DNA from: the human T2T-CHM13v2.0 reference genome, Homo sapiens
Assembly: GCF_009914755.1 (NCBI RefSeq)
Contig: NC_060933.1
Length of the DNA stretch: 64,000 nt
Reading direction: 5' to 3' (one strand)
In this document: positions 62,888 to 64,000 of the stretch, piece after piece
Numbering within the stretch: the stretch's first letter is position 1
Layout: each line of letters begins with the position of its first letter
The notes under the pieces: generated by a model
Databases searched by the model: none
The model's input: the letters and a program-made list of their open reading frames with translations, nothing else
Told to the model about the DNA's origin: nothing
Made by a program: the position numbers and the translations under genes

Positions 62888-63312
62888 GTTATACACTTTT
62901 TCAAAAAGCAAACCAAAATCAGAATCAAATAAATAATTTTCTCATGCCTTGCTTTCTCTGTTGTCTCATATTTATGTTATTCATTTTAGATGCTATTATA
63001 AATCTAAAATCATATAAATCTCCTATTATACTATAATAATGTAATTTTATCTTTCTGAGCATTAAATCCTTTCTCCCCATCATAGAATGGAAACTTGGTG
63101 AAGACTATGGCTAAAAAAGACTTATCTTTTTGGTATGCTGATGAATTCCAATCACCCACCATTGCATCTGATTCATTGCAAGTGGTCAATATTTACTGGG
63201 CAAATTCAAAATTATCAAAATTCAAAATAATCAAAATTATAAATTTTAAATAATATTTCAGACAACCTCAATTTACACATGGAAATATATTTTCATAAAT
63301 TTATAGTGAACA

Positions 63313-64000
63313 TTTTTTCTTTTTTTAAATTTTGTTATTATACTTTAAGTTCTGGGATATATGGCAGGTTTGTTACATAGGTATACACATGCCATCGTGG
63401 TTTGCTGCACCCATCAACCTGTCATCTACATTAGATATTTCTCCTAATCCTATCCCTCCCCTAGCCCCCCACCCCCCACATGCCCCAGTGTGTGAGGTTC
63501 CTCTCCACCTGCCCATTTGTTCTCATTGTTCTACTCCCACTTATGAGTGAGAACATGCGGTGTTTGGTTTTCTGTTCTTATGTTAGTTTGCTGAGAATGA
63601 TGGTTTCTAGCTTCATCCATGTCCCTGCAAAGGACATGAACTCATCCTTTTTGTGGCTACACAGTATTCCATGGTGTATATGTGCCACATTTTCTTTTTC
63701 CAGTCTATCATTGATGGACATTTGTGTTGGTTCCAAGTCTTTGCTATTGTGAACAGTGTTGCAAAACACATACGTGTGCATATGTCTTTATAGTAGAATG
63801 ATTTGTAATCCTTTGGGTATAATCCCAGTAATGGGATTGCTGAGTCAAATGGTATTTCTGGTTCTGGATCCTTGAACAATCGCCACATGTCTTCCACATG
63901 CTTGAAGTAATTTACACTCCCACCAACAGTGTAAAAGCATTCCTATTTCTCCACATCCTCTCCAGCATCTGTTGTTTCCTGACTTTTTAATGATCACCAT
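63313..64000 (-). mobile_element. L1PA7-like 3' end, continuing beyond the window
   Basis: ttattatactttaagttctggg...ggtttgctgcacccatcaacctgtcatctacattag, plus the ORF2 C-terminal peptide IPFDSAIPLLGLYP. Confidence 0.93.

Noticed and set aside
63203-63256. aattcaaaattatcaaaattcaaaataatcaaaattat repeats
   Set aside because: This is low-complexity AT-rich stutter with no further structure.

Overview
This is AT-rich, CpG-poor primate genomic DNA, most likely human or another catarrhine because it carries AluY/S/J and L1PA elements. It has no CpG island, and I recognise no host protein-coding exon, RNA gene or CRISPR-type system. All ORF-track hits are L1 or Alu derived, low-complexity, or chance ORFs. 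The window is intergenic or deep-intronic and is built from layered transposable elements. These include one near full-length, inactivated L1PA7-like element (18261-24485, 16-bp target-site duplication [TSD]), several 5'-truncated L1s, seven Alus, MaLR/ERVL LTRs, MIR and L2 relics and small DNA-transposon relics. The most unusual non-TE signals look like DNA-repair or template-switch scars. Two short segments are each present twice about 2.2 kb apart: 2231-2470 vs 4450-5015, and a perfect 89-bp copy at 52327-52415 vs 54563-54651. There are also clusters of snap-back palindromes with micro-tandem repeats, and a probable microhomology-bounded deletion in the L1 promoter. I find no convincing evidence of a new biological system. 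Subfamily names come from recalled consensus motifs, and boundaries of old elements are approximate.
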